A stretch of 64,000 bases of DNA, from positions 40,054,001 through 40,118,000 of the forward strand of contig NC_045696.1 in the NCBI RefSeq assembly GCF_009834535.1, in the 5' to 3' direction. This DNA comes from Camelus ferus (taxonomy: Eukaryota). Under the pieces are notes generated by a model. It worked only from the letters and a program-made list of their open reading frames with translations, did no database searches and was not told the origin of the DNA. A program made the position numbers and the translations under genes. Below are positions 1-13,529 of the stretch, one piece after another. Within the stretch, counting starts at the first letter, position 1; each line of letters starts with the position of its first letter.

Positions 1-1069
1 AGACAACTGGGTGAGTTAAGAACAATGGTCACAGTTTACTGAACGCATCTGTTTTCTTAAAAAGGCAAAATTGTTACCTGATGGTGTGCAGGGTTCTCTT
101 AAGTCCATCTCCAGGGTATGATTTTTGAAAGAGATCCATAGGTTATTTGGATGCACACTAGAATTGATGACCAATGTCCTGTAATCAAAATCTCCACATA
201 GGTGAACCGTGGCCAACCCTCACTGATCTATCACAGAATGGGTGTGAGTCTTGAATCCACAACACCCTTCACTGTCTTAATGAAATAACTTTTCTCAGTT
301 CTCTTAAATAAAAAGAAAAGGACTGGTGATATCTAGCAAGGGTAATATTATATAAACAAACAAACAAACAAAAAACTCTGAAATTACAGCTAAAAAGAAC
401 TGGAGTAGTAACAAATTATTTTAAATGATCTGATGCTAGAATTTTCTTAAAAGGAGAAAAACAAATGTTCAAGTAGCACTTTTACAAGACAATCCCAACA
501 ATGAGGTCAGCCAAGCAAAGTGGCATTTTTCCTTGGAATTCATTGAGGTATTCAGGTCATAATTGGCTGTGGCATTTGGGAAAATAGGGGGGAAGAAACT
601 TGGCTCTTGGAAAAGAGGGAAACATTATCTCATTGCCCCAGAAGCTTCTTTCAAACTCCAGATTTGCAGTGGGACATTTAGAGTTAGAATTTTCAGTAAA
701 GAAGAAAATATATCGAAGCCTCAGATTTCAAACAAGGGGAAAGATGAAGGAGATGATTAAACAACAAAAAAAGGAAAACTCTGGAACAAAGAGTCGTAGA
801 TAGTTGAATGGTCAAATAATCTAACTGAATCATAGGAAACAATGACGTCGTGTCTAAATGTTAAGTTGGGGGTGGGTGTCTTGTGCCTATGATATCATTG
901 CATATATTTGTTGAACACAGGTGCACTGAAAGGATGTCACTCTCATGAAAAAGCTTCAATTCATCAAGTTTAACATGATAATTCTTTATCATATTCCCTC
1001 CAGGAAATCTGTCTTGTTTTTTATATTTCTTCCTTGAAAAGATGGGAGATTATTACTATCTATAATCCA

Positions 1070-1480
1070 TCACTTGATCATGTATTTCAAGAGTACCCAC
1101 TATATGCCTGGCACTCTGCCAAGGTATATAAGAACCACAAGAGAAATAAAACACAATGTCTATTTGCATGAAACTTAAAATCTAATTGTAGAAATAGAAC
1201 TTATGCAACTTAAGTAACAATTGTCTACCCACTGCCAGTTAGAAGTAAAGTATGATTATCAGAAACAGAAGTGAGCAATGTGGACTAGAGTATTTGGGGA
1301 AAACCTCAGAGGGAGGTTGAAGTTGACTGAGACCTTAATAAGTGGAATGGAGGTGGGAGGCATTAAGTGAGAGAGCACGAAATGAGCTCAGAGGCAGTAA
1401 AAAGTTCAGCAGGTACAAGGAAATGAGTATATCTGCTTGGCCACTGGGCTTGAAACATATATATTTGAGATTTGGGGTAT
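1070..1480 (-). mobile_element. L2 LINE fragment
   Basis: Resembles a reverse-orientation L2 3' end (gagtacccactatatgcctggcact...), followed by purine-rich L2-like sequence. Confidence 0.55.
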
Positions 1481-1871
1481 GAGTCATGGAAAAAGACTGT
1501 GGTCCAGTGGAATGAGCCCAGGTTTTGAGACTGAATTCTGATTTTGCCACTATAACTTCAGCTTCCTTCTGATACGTGCTGAAAAGAGCAGAAATTTTAG
1601 AATTGCTTATTTGAAAATGGCTTCTGACTGATCTCTACTTGAATACTGCTGCTCAGCCTGTGTGCTTCTCAAAACTGCTTCTCCCTCTGGCCTAGGACTA
1701 TTTTCCCTTTCCCTGGTGCAGGTCACTCGCCAGAACTGTTAGACACCCTCTATGGATAGGATGCTGCTTCTTACCTGTGAAGAGTTATGCTGAACAAGAT
1801 GCAGTAGTGTCCGGACCCGTTCTTCCCACAGTGCTGTCAGACAAGGCTGTACAAGCACAGCAGGCTTAGGG

Positions 1872-2036
1872 CAGTGGTCCTCAGGTTGGGCAGCACGTTG
1901 GGATTATCTGGGAAGCTCCTAAAATACTGATATTCAGACCACTGAATGAGAATCTCTACAAGGTGGAACCCAAATATTAGCATTTTTTAAAGCTCCCGGG
2001 TGATTCCAATGTGCAGCTAGGAATGAGAACTACAAC
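1872..2036. mobile_element. MER5A-like hAT-Charlie MITE
   Basis: Starts cagtggtcctc and ends gagaactac (degenerate TIRs). Internal 'aagctcccgggtgattccaatgtgcag' is typical of MER5A. Confidence 0.8.
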
Positions 2037-2894
2037 TCTAAAGTATCATCTGGGAAATTCTGCTAGACAGGAATGACTGTCACATGTCAGGTTCCACAAA
2101 AGGATCTGAAGGAAGAGAGATTTGTTACTCAAGGTTTCACAACCTAGCTTAGGTAGGGTGTGTCCTTCAAGCACAGTTCTCTTTAGGTTCTGTCCATCAG
2201 CATGGGTTTCAGATGAACCTGTTTCCCCCTTTCATTGGCCAGTGAGCAACTGTTGAGCCATGTTAGCATGGTTCCCCCAAATGAATTATTCTCAGAGATA
2301 GTACAGTCTAAACCTATAAAAAGGAGTAGGAATATATTTACACCTGATTTATAAATTTCTCACAATTAAGTCAACATTATACATAATTATGCAAAGGTGT
2401 GTTCATTTCTTTCCTTTCTTTTGTCTCTTCTCATCCATGCCTTTTTCAATTTGTGGCTCACACAAAAGTAAGGAAAAAACTCAATGATGCACTGTATCCA
2501 TTAATGGGACTCTTTCAGTTATACATAGATTAGCTGAAGTGTGAAAATTACCCCAAAAGAATTACATGCTCAAACTTTTTTTTTGGTCTCTGAGGATTAA
2601 GACAATATGGCTGAAATCCTCTAAATAATACCTGAATGAACTTTGGCTGAGTATCTTAGGCTTTCTGAGTCTTAGTCTTCCCATCTAGAAAAAGACAATA
2701 ATTGCACTAAATTGCAGGATCCTTAGGGTACTATACCTCGCTTATGAAATAACATATATGAAGCACAGTGTGTGCAATATTGGAGGGTTTGAAAGTTGGA
2801 CATTTTTAAACCAATTTGAGTAAATAGGTCAGCTTTTCATTTTAAGCAGGGGGAAAAGAAAAAAAAAGGATGGGAAGAGAAGAAAAATAAAAGT

Positions 2895-3130
2895 TGTGTT
2901 ATTTGAATGCTCACCATGTGCCAAACCTTATGTTAAGCTCTTTATAAATATGTTATCTCATTAGTACCTACCCATGCCAATAGTTATTAATATGCTTATT
3001 TTTGTAGATGAGAAAATGAGACCTAGGGAGTTTATTAATAGAGAGAGAAAGCAACTGTGCCAAGATTAGAAAACAGCTTTTAGGCAACTTTTATTTGTGA
3101 ACTTTCCCTGGGCTGCTTTCTCCCCAAACC
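2895..3130 (-). mobile_element. MIR SINE
   Basis: MIR core in reverse (atttgaatgctcaccatgtgcca...ttttgtagatgagaaaatgaga). Confidence 0.65.
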
Positions 3131-3244
3131 TCCATTAGAAGCCTGTAGTTTCCACAAAGGTTTCTGACTCTTGCAACTGTCTTCAGGTGTCTGAGAGCCT
3201 TGAGAGATTATCAGAATTTCTGCCTGTATGCACATATATATGTT

Positions 3245-3262
3245 GTGTGTGTGTGTGTGTGT
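3245..3262. repeat. (TG)n microsatellite
   Basis: Directly visible. Confidence 0.95.
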
Positions 3263-3493
3263 ATTTATATATGTATTGTCTAGGTGGAGAGAGGAATTCA
3301 AGTTGAGTGCATTCTATTCTTTCATAGTATATTGTCTCCACTGGTCCCTGCAAGACCCATCTCATTCCTCATTTTTAAAATGACCATTTATTGTAATTTC
3401 CACTTCTATCACTCATGCCCTTCCAGGGACTCCCATCCAGATATATTCTTGGTTAATTCCACTTGCATTCTTAGAATAGTTATTTTGACTGGC

Positions 3494-3521
3494 GTGTGTG
3501 TGTGTGTGTGTGTGTGTGTGT
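3494..3521. repeat. (GT)n microsatellite inside an old minus-strand L1 fragment
   Basis: Directly visible, ~14 units. Confidence 0.95.
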
Positions 3522-5374
3522 CCATGTGCGTATGCATGGTGTGGTGAATATCTTATATTTCCAATTTTCTTTCACTCAATATACAATATTAATTTTAAAA
3601 ACTTTACTCATATGTACTTCAAGTATTTCTTCATTTGCCGCATATACTCCATAACACGCACTAAATCACAACCTCTAGTGGCAGACGCCAAATTTGGCTG
3701 CAATACCTCAATGCCACAAACAACACCATTCCTCTATAGACTTGCGTGAGGCTTTTTCTGGGGCATACACCTAGATGTGGAATTCCTGGGCCACACATTA
3801 AAGCTATACTTTATAACTGAGTTCTGCTCACTAGCATGGCCTACAGGCAATCTACTTGTACAGAAAGGTTCCTACTTTAATCCCACACAGCCTCCAGCAC
3901 TTGGTACTCTCAGAAGAACATGTTATTTTAAAATAACATTCACCTCTATTAAGTTCAAAATCTAATAAAGAGAGAGATGGTCCAAAGAGGGTCATTTCAT
4001 AAATGAAACCCTGGCTTGATCCCTTCACTCTGAGAGACTGAAAACAGTACAGAGATGTGCTTTGTGTGTCCACGAAAGGAGAGGATGCTGCATGCCCTCC
4101 ATTTGGAAGGATAGTCAGTTCTTTCATTTAATGGGAAGGCTTGAAGCTTTCTTTCGTAACTACTGTGGACTACAAAAATATTTTTCACATGAGTGAGATG
4201 AGCACAAGTGCCTTGGGCCCACGGTCAGCCTGCCAAGGACAAAATGAGGACACCAGAGTTTCACCTCAGGGCACAGACCTGACAAGACTACAAGGCAAGG
4301 AGGGCAAAGAAGACACAGACAGTCTATGACTTCAGGACTCACAGGACAGTGGGGAAGACAGAAGGCAAACAGTAATTACCGAGGATACTTGTGAGTCTGA
4401 GAATTAAGTACTCTCACTGAAGTGGACCTTTGAATCATCTGGACCTCAGAGCCTGGTTACATCGGATTTGTATTTCTTGAGTCCTTATCACCTAATTTAG
4501 AATTTGTCTGGCATGTCCAGATCCATCTTTTTGGCCAGAAAATTATTCAAAGATTAATGGTCCTGAGAGAAATAATGTTCTTCACGCTAGATTTCTGAGG
4601 AGCTACTCAATCTCTTTCTTAATTCGGCAGTGAGAATGACGGGCTGGAACAAAAGTAACTTTGACAGGAATTGTCCTCATCTGTTATTTTTCCTAAATCT
4701 CGAGAGGATTTGGTGGGCTCTTGAACTTTCCCCTTGAGCTAAGTAGTTGGAAAGTATTTTGACTCCTGGCAACTTACCCAGTAGTTTGATAAATGTGACT
4801 TAGCTACCTTAGTTCTGGCTTGTGGAAAACAGCAGAATTTTCTATGGTCATTTTGAACACTGTTACAAAAGAGGAATCTTTTCTTTCCTATGGGTGGGCT
4901 CTGTAGACAGGAAAGATTGTGAAGGAAAAATTATATGGTAGTAACAAATCTGATTGACTCCTGGGATTTTAAATATGACAAGCCAGTGCTTTTCCCTGCA
5001 CATTGTCGATTACACGGTGTTTAGAAGTAACTGCTAGGTTTTCTTTTAAATCTATTAGAAAATATTGGTGTGTGATTTTCTGTTGATATGACATATGGAA
5101 TAAATTTTAGCAAAAGGGCTGCTGTCTCCCTACATGATATGTGGGTTATTATCTGTGTTAAACAAAAAAATACAGAGCTTTTTATTTTACTTTGTAGAAT
5201 TGAAAGTCTACAAGAGGATGTATTGAGATTAAGAGAAATCTAGCATTCTTTTTTTCCACAGTCATCTTAATGGCTAATATAATCGTGCCAATTATGAAGC
5301 TGAGAGGATCCAGTAATGATACCGTTTGTTGGGCGCTTACTTCACTTTAGGCACTGCATCATTTGCTCTTCTGT

Positions 5375-5860
5375 TTATACATTTAACAAATACCTATTGA
5401 GTGCTTAATATATGACAGGTACTCTGCTAAATACTGAGGCTATAATGACAAGACTTAGTCCCTAACCAATGAGGAAGACAGAACCCAAAAAGAAAAGAAG
5501 CAGATAATCATAAGAAAACATTTTGAATGTTAAAGAACAGTGCATTATGAGACAACAGAAGGAGAATCAGGCTAAGGAACATGAAGACAGAGGAAAATTA
5601 TGTTTAAGCTGAGACCTGAAGGATGAATGGGAGTTATGCAGGAGAAGAGAGAAAAGAGGAGTGATTTATAGATATTGGGAACAACCTTTAGGAAGATTAG
5701 AGTCAAATGAAAGATTAGATCATATTCAAGGAATTGGAATGAGTCCTGGTTTCCTTGAGCTGGTGAGCAATGAGAGGAGGTTGTATGCAGTGGCCATATT
5801 ATGATGGTCTTCTTAAAGTACATTTGGGACTTCAGAATTTAACCTAAATCACGTAAGCAG
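5375..5860 (-). mobile_element. L2 LINE fragment flanked by MIR pieces
   Basis: catttaacaaatacctattgagtgct L2 3' terminus and 'tttaagctgagacctgaaggatga' motif. MIR-like sequence at ~5320-5360 and ~5865-5990. Confidence 0.7.
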
Positions 5861-7517
5861 TAGTACCTTCATTTAACAGATAAGAAAATTGGCTTTGAGA
5901 GGTTAAATATGCTCCTATTATCCAGTAAGTAATTGCTCAAGCCAGGTTTTTAAACAAGTAATGCCTCCCTCCAAAATCTGTGACTTCTACCTGTTAATTT
6001 ATGGCCTCTCTTCTAATTTACATAAACTTAGCCACTGAGTGGCCATATCCTGACTGAAGTGTTATATTCTGAGAAACTGTGATCCAACATTCTGACATGA
6101 ATTTTTAAAGATTAAGTATACATTACTGTCACTCAAGAAAATTTCAGGGTGGGAGGAGTTTCTAATCATATACCAAGATAAGGATTTATATCCCTTTTTC
6201 TACCTCTTTTGGTCTCAGTAACCCCCATGCTTTTAAGTTTTTCCCTAAGTCTCTCCTTTTCTTGGGCTCTAAATACAATTGCTCTAAGCTTTGTCCACAT
6301 AAGCACTCACACTCCTTCATTCCTCACCCTGATTGTAACCTTCATTTTTTTCTGCTCATAAATCTCTGCCCATCCCACTGTAAAGTCAGCTATCATCTAC
6401 AGATGCTCCAGTTCTTTCCTCTCTCCTTCCTCCAACTGGCAGAGACAATTAAATTAGAGGACCTCTCCCTGGCGATTCCTGTTGGAGGGGATAATCACCA
6501 AAATGATCTTGGCTGAGAAGAATGCAGATGAATCTTAAGCCTTATATCCTAATGAATGAGGTTTATGTATGGAGAATAAATGAGAGCCCAGTGTCCTAGA
6601 AAAAGGGCTTCTTCTCTGCAAATACAAAACACCAATTCTCCATGTATCCTGGAGTGGGAATCATACTGAAGGTCTGGCCAGCCATTAAGAAATCTATTGG
6701 AGTAGGGGGAAATATGGCTTGCTATGTGCAGCTCTGGGAAAAGCAAGCCATTTCCTTAACACCACTGCCCCAGAGAGAAATTGCAAGCCATTCTCACTTT
6801 AACTAAATTAGAAAAAGGCTTCCTCTGACATGACTCAAAAGAGAAGCTTTAGTTTGCCAAACATATCACCACGAATTACCTGGAGAAAAACTCCTTATGC
6901 CTTCATTTAATGTCCCACCCACACCTATTGATAAGAGCAGGTAAATAGAGTCATTTATGGGGACTTGATTGCTTGTGGGAAGAAGGTGGCATCAAATAAA
7001 CAGAATGGTGGAAGCATAACTAATGGCAGAAACAGAAGGAAACTCTAATCAAAATCTTATTAAAGACATGAATTACAGCATACACACATGAAGAGTTTTT
7101 GGACCAAAAAACAACTTTAAAATTAATTAGATAAATTGAAAATAAGTTGGCTATCACTAAAAATTAAGTTGTGTAATTTAAAATATACATCACAAAATAC
7201 TGAGAAAGGAAAATCATAGGTAAAAACATAAGAGATATAATGAAGAAATAGAAATAGACTTGGTAAAAGTAATAATCAAAGAAATATTAGAATGTAAACT
7301 CCATGAGGACAGGAATCTTTTGCTTCTTTAGCATTACCAATACTTAAAATGGTGCCAAAACCCATAGTCAGTACTCAGTGAATAAATGAAAGAATAAATA
7401 AAGAAAAATTAACCTAAGCTGAAGATTAAAAAGGTACACTACTAGATGAGGTAGAGCTGTTTTTCTCTGCTCCTTTGCAGTAGACATGAAGTGGAACTGG
7501 CAAAAGAGACTCAGCCT

Positions 7518-7744
7518 AATTAGGAGTTTGGGATTAACATATACACATTACTATATATAGATAAACAAGGACCCACTGTATAGCACAGGGAACCATATTT
7601 AATATCTTATAATAATATATAATGAAAAAGAATCTGAAAAAGAACATATATATGTATAATTGAATCACTTTGCTGTACATCTGAAACTAACACCACATTA
7701 TAAATCAACTCTATTTCAATTAAAAAAAAAATAAAAAAAGAGAG
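7518..7744 (+). mobile_element. Severely 5'-truncated artiodactyl-type L1 3' UTR with poly(A) and TSD
   Basis: Typical L1 3' UTR (ctgtatagcacagggaac...gctgtacatctgaaactaacac) and A-tail. 13-bp TSD agagactcagcct at 7505-7517 and 7745-7757. Confidence 0.9.
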
Positions 7745-7757
7745 AGAGACTCAGCCT

Positions 7758-9060
7758 GGTCTGGGAAGCTCATTCTCCCAGACACCTGAAAATCTCCTAT
7801 CCCTTCCCAGAGATATCAGGACAACCAGGAGGTATCAGCCCTCATCTGCTGAGAGACACTCAGCAGATTTATTTAGGGACATCCCTTCTCCACCTTTAGG
7901 CAACACTAGTAGGAGCAACACATGCTCTAGCATCACAAAGTAGACCAAAATAACACCAAGTAGACCAAAGTAACACCACAAAGGCTCTAAATAAAAAAAT
8001 ACCATTGGAGTTACAGACAGAAAGAACACCAAACCTCATGTGATAAACTGAACAGGATACCGCTTGTAAAAATAAAAGATTTAAATAAAATCCTGTGTCC
8101 CTTAATATAGTAGACAAAAAATGTCAAGAATAGAAAATCACCCACCAAACTGAGAACCAAGAAAACTGCAACTTGAACAAGAAAAGACAATCAATCGAAA
8201 CCAAAAAAAAAAAAAAAAAAAAGGATCCAATGTTGGAATTATCTGACAACAATCATTTAAAATTTTCATAAAAAGGCTCAAAAAATCAACTACAAATTTT
8301 CTTAAAACAAAATTTTAAAAGTAGTAAATATTAGCAAAGAGAAGTTATAAAAAATAAAGTAGAAATTATAGGGCTGAAAAATGCCATAACAAAAATAAAT
8401 ACTCACTGAATGGACTCAAAAGTAGAGTGGTGATGATAGAAGACAGACCCGATGAACCTGAGGACAGAGCAATAGATTGGTTGTTTACCTAATCTGAAAA
8501 GCAGAGAGAAAATAGACCAAAAGAAATGCACAGAGTCTGAGGGACCTGGGAGACAATAAGAAAAATCAACACTTATATCACTGGTGTTTCAGAAGAAGAG
8601 GAAGAAAGTGGGACTGAAAGAGTATTTGAATAAATAATGCCTGACTATTTTCCAAATTTGGTGAAAGACATAAATCTATAGCTTCAAAAAGTTGAGCAAC
8701 CCCTCTAGAAGTATAAACTCTATGAATTCCACCCCAAGATATATCAAAAACTTTTGAAAACTAACTACAAATTTAAAAAAATCTTAGAAGCAACTGGACA
8801 GAAACTGCACATTTTCTATAGTGGAATCTCAATTCAAAGTGGATTTCTCATTGGAAATCAGGAGGCCATTTGGCTGTGACACAATATTTTTCAAGTGCTA
8901 AAAGAAAAAAAAACATCGGTTGTGAATTCTATGTCTTTAGAAATTATTATTCAGGGATTAAGGGGAAATAAAAAGCATTCTCAACTGAGAGAAAAGTAAA
9001 AGAATTTGTTACTAGCAAACCTACCGATTAGCTAAAAGAAGTTCTTCAAACAGAAGAGAA
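7758..9060 (+). mobile_element. Old L1 (L1MC/L1M4-like) 5' region and decayed ORF1
   Basis: A-rich ORF1-like sequence (cagagtctgagggacctgggagacaat; ttccaaatttggtgaaagacataaat). Confidence 0.75.
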
Positions 9061-9264
9061 ATAATCAATTGAAAGAAAAAAGAAAAAAGAAAAAGCAGAG
9101 AGGGAGAAAATATAAGGGTACCGTGGTTTTTTCAGTCAGCGTAATTCCTTGAAGAGTCATCTAAGTTGTTTATATCAATTGTCCATTCCTTCTTATCCCT
9201 GAGTGGTATTTTACGGTAGGTATATACCAGAGTTTGTTGAACCATTTGCCTGTAGAAATAAGGA

Positions 9265-9660
9265 TAGATTAGTGATTACCAGGAGTCAGGATTGAGGAGG
9301 GAAGTTGAGACAAGAGGGTTGAAGGTATGGTTATAAAAAGACAAGAGGAGGGGATTCTTGTGGTGTTCAAACTGCTCAGTACCTTGACTGAGGGACACAT
9401 GAACCTGCACATGTGATTTAATTGTATGGAAATTAATACAAACTAACACATACATACACACACAAATTAGTAGAAGTAAAACTGGGAAAGCTGAATAAAA
9501 CTGGTGCATTATATCAATGCCAATGTTGTAACATACTATTTCTGCAAAATGCAAAATAGGGGAAAACTTGGCAAAGGACGCACTACATCTCTCTCTATAG
9601 TCCTTTACAACTGCATGTAAATCTACAATCATATCAATTAAAATCTCAATTAAACAAAAA
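9265..9660 (+). mobile_element. L1MC-like 3' UTR
   Basis: Ends 'ttacaactgcatgtaaatctacaat...', the characteristic L1MC terminus. Confidence 0.75.
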
Positions 9661-9670
9661 GGTCAACTAC

Positions 9671-9800
9671 TGTGGTAGCCTGCCTCCAAGGTGGCTCCTA
9701 TGGAGTCTAGTCCTGGTATTCATCCCTGTAGAGGTCATAAAAGACACTGAGGCTTCCACCTTACTTTCCTCTGGATCACGCACTTCTGGGAAGCCACACG
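9671..9800 (+). mobile_element. MLT1E/F-like MaLR LTR fragment
   Basis: Starts tgtggtagcctgcctccaaggtggctcc; contains ggtcataaaagacactg. Confidence 0.6.
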
Positions 9801-10735
9801 TCAAGCTTCAGATTTCCTATCTACTACACCAGAAGACACAGAGAGAGTTACAGATTTGTTAACAAGACAAAAAATCAATTGTAAAGATTCTTATCTTTTC
9901 CCAAGATATCCTTCATTATCGGATCTCACAAGGATTAAAAAATTACATGCCCTCTCTCTATGTATTCTGGCTGAAGCACCATAACCAAGAAAATGATGTG
10001 TTTACTCTATTGATACAACAAACATTTATTAGAAGATAATTGTGATCAATGAATTTGGTAGTAGTCATAATGAAATCTGAGTAAGTGGTTTTAATGTATT
10101 TGAAAATTATAATGCAGGTAATAAGCAAGAATTTACACAATAAAACATTCTTTGAAGGAAACATATATTAACAAGGAAGCAATATTACTTCAGGAAACCC
10201 AGGAGCTGGAAGACAGGTGAAGGGTTTATTTGGAAAGTATAACCATCCTAAAAGTCTGATTTCCATGAGGATGATGGGCAAGACTGGCCAAATAAATAGT
10301 GATTAGGGATCATAACATTACTTAATTTTGATACGCTCTGTAGATGTAACTATTGCAAATAACCTACTAAAGATAAGAAAGCAACCACTAGTAAATCACT
10401 AGTCATACTTCCCAATTCAGAGGGAGAGAAAAGGAACATTTGAAAAAGAATTTGAGAACGTATTTGCTTTAGATTTCATAGCAAGGCAGAGAGATTAAGT
10501 GTCTACACTCGGTCCATCTGGCTCCAAAACCCACGTATTTTTACACTATTATTTGGCTCTATTTATGATCCCAACAGGTCTATACTGAGGACATTTCAAG
10601 GTAACAAGCATGTATCTTATGTATTCATTATTTCTAAGATCAGAAAACAAAGCAAATGCTAACAACTTACCCTCGGTTCAATCGGCACAGCAAAATAGTA
10701 GGACTGTGCAGCAACAAGAATAAAGGAAGAAGAGA

Positions 10736-10880
10736 GGGGACAGCATAGCTCAAGTGGTACAGCGCAACCTCAGCATGCACTAGGTCCTGGCTTCACTCCC
10801 CAGCACCTTCATTTTAAAAAAGTTAAATAAATAATTAACTCTCCCCCAGAAAATAAACAAACAAAACCCAAATATCTCAG
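10736..10880 (+). mobile_element. tRNA-derived SINE, vic-1-like (camelid)
   Basis: A-box-like tagctcaagtgg, degenerate B box and A-rich tail. 13-bp TSD aagaataaaggaa at 10716-10728 and 10881-10893. Confidence 0.8.
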
Positions 10881-11684
10881 AAGAATAAAGGAAACAGAAA
10901 GAAATGGTAATTATATTTCATGGTAATAGTCACTGATAAAAAAAAATGGATTAGATATGAGAAAATGACATTTGATTCATTCAGTGACCACCCAGGAGAC
11001 CAAGGAGGCAGTGACTCAGAGAACTTGTGATGTTCGGTAATACTCCAGACCTTGGGCCCTTTGATACTTGCTGTTTATTTTTTTTCACATCATCCTTATT
11101 TATGTTGCTGATAATCTAACAGCTATATGGCAGTTCTAAAGAAAGGATCTATTTCTTAAAACATCATATTCAAATATTTTTAGCACTGGCTAGAAAGGAA
11201 CTCTGCCACAAATGAAACTGAAACTCTGAGAGTAGAATGGGTGAGTAAATTAGCTTCGAAAACACTTTTAAAGAAAAATTCTCTTCTTTAGTTAAAATTT
11301 TATTTTTGGAAAAATTATATCCCTCTTTCAGAAGAATAGCACCTCTTTTAGGATGTTTCTAAATGTTCTGTGACAGAAGTATCCTTTTCCCTCAGACAGT
11401 GCAGTATTGGTTCTTCCCCTAAATGGTGCCAAGTGCTGTGAGTGAGGTTTCATGAAAAAGACAGGATTTGAACCAGGAGCATTTGAACCAAGAAGAAGCA
11501 CCAATGCTTGATATTACAACTGAAGCTACAGGTCCATGAAACCCTGAATTATTTCTGTCCTGCGGTGTGTGTGGCTATCACCTTGAAGTTTCTGAGAGAA
11601 GTCTCATGATTGAGATCTGGACCTTTATATTCCAAAGCAGTCAGAACATTTTTTTTTTTAATGATAAGTTTTGAGAACAATACT

Positions 11685-12095
11685 AAAAGACTGAAAAAGC
11701 TAGAGGCACTAGATAACAGGAAAAGATGAAAGACCCAGTTAAAATGGCTGAGCCAAATAATGACTAAGGAGAAATAATAACCATCTGCAAATATTTGAGA
11801 GAATTATGGAACAAGAAGGGGAGAGGAATTTCTTTGAGTTATCCAAAGGGGTAAACTAAGAGAAACAGGATCAAACTGAGCAAAGAAAAATGTAGGCAGA
11901 GAATAAGGGAGAAAATGACCACGTAATGGGATCTGTCAGTCTGTAGAAGAGCCATTCATGGGAAGTGGTGGAAACCCCATCACTTGAATCATTTTCAGCT
12001 AAGTAGAAAAATTGCTCTATTAAAGAGGACTATCCAACCCTGGAAGAAGAGGAATTTGATGAGCAGTATGTCTTTTTCATCTTTAATTTCTATAG
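11685..12095 (+). mobile_element. Ancient CR1/L3-type LINE 3' fragment
   Basis: CR1 hallmarks: 'ataaccatctgcaaatatttga', 'aaactgagcaaagaaaaatgtaggc', 'gggaagtggtggaaaccccatcacttgaatcattt'. Confidence 0.7.
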
Positions 12096-13168
12096 TTTTG
12101 GAAAAGAAAGAAAGAAGAGGAAAACTAAAAAGGGGAGCAACCTGGTAGAGTATCTTGGAGAAAAAAAATTTAATCTAGAAACCACAGAATCGCAATGACG
12201 AGCAAAGGAACAAATGAGAGACACAACCCACTAAAACACACCAGTTTCAATAAATTGGTAAAAATTTAAATCAAGGCCAAAGAGACAATAACTTCAAATA
12301 GACATTGGATATTTATTTTACGACTTTTGTTTTCTATGCACAATAAAATATCAGACTCGTCTTGACATTCCTCTTAAGCAACTGAAGGACTGTCATAATT
12401 ATCCTTGAGTAAGATGAACACAGCTGTGTTTCTCTAAAACCTCAGCAAGCCTAGATCCTTCAGAATGATCTGGGTGATTAAATCAATCATCTGTGGTGGC
12501 TGGACACCAGAAATACTGGTTAAGCAAAGAGCTAGGCTGATTATAATTAAATAATATATAATTAAATCATTAAATATCGTAGAAATTCTATAAACACATA
12601 ATGATCATTGACTATAGGTAAAGTACAAGTCAAATAATGTCAGGAATACAAAGGTGCATAAAATGTGGCTATTTTTCTCCTTGAGCTTTGAGTCTACTGG
12701 ACTGGGAAAGGCAGAGAGACTGGGAAACATCATAGATCTTTGGGTCACTAAGCACCAAGGCTCCTTCTTGGACTGTCTCCTTCTCACTCCTGCTCAAAGT
12801 CTCAGAGACTCAGTCTGATTTTCTTTTCTCCTAGTAGCTGTTTCTGTCCACTCCATTCTCTCCATAAATCCAGCTTCCCCATTTCTTACTGCCATAAAGA
12901 AAAGGAGTCAATCCCTTTTCATTTTTCATATTTAATCAGTACTAGGCTATTAACAGGAACCCATAATAACAACCAATATTTACTGTGCACTTATTCTATG
13001 CCAGGTAGTGTGCTGAGTCCTTAAAATGCACTATTTATTTTAATTCATGTCAAAATCCTATGAGCTGAGTAATTATCCATAGATTACTAAATTTAGGCTA
13101 AGGGATATCTAAAATTTGTCCAGGTTCAAACAGGAAGGAAGTAATGGAGCTATGTTATGAGTCCATGT

Positions 13169-13529
13169 TGCTAGGGACTAAATTATGTGTCCCCAAATCC
13201 ATATTAAAGCTTTAATCCCCAGTGTGACTCAATTTGGAGATAGGACCTTTAGGGAGATAATTAAGGTTAAGTGAAGGTCGTAACAGTGGACCCTAATGTG
13301 ATAGAATTTGTGACATTAGAAAAAAAAGAAAAAGACACCAAGAGATGTCTCTCTCTCAGCAGGCAGAAAGGAAATGCAAAGTGAGAACAGCTGAGGAGGG
13401 GGCCATCAACAAGCCAGGAGGACAGGCCTCACCAGAAACCAACCCTAAAGCATCCTGATCTTAGAGTTTCTGTGTTTAAGCCACCTAGCCTGTGGCATTT
13501 TATTATGGCAGCCTGAGCTGACTAATAGA
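13169..13529 (+). mobile_element. MLT1A-like solo LTR inserted in a minus-strand MIR (~12970-13560)
   Basis: tgctagggactaaattatgtgtcccc...tttggagataggacctttaggga...ggcagcctgagctgactaata. MIR sequence resumes on both sides. Confidence 0.85.

Noticed and set aside
78..178. Possible 101-nt minus-strand exon (tacag|G...CAG|gtaac)
   Set aside because: Weak polypyrimidine tract and no recognisable peptide. Splicing from the CENPS-like donor would reach a stop after six codons.
7935..7980. Repeated aagtagaccaaa(a/g)taacacca
   Set aside because: A simple two-copy tandem duplication in an L1 remnant; not an array or CRISPR.
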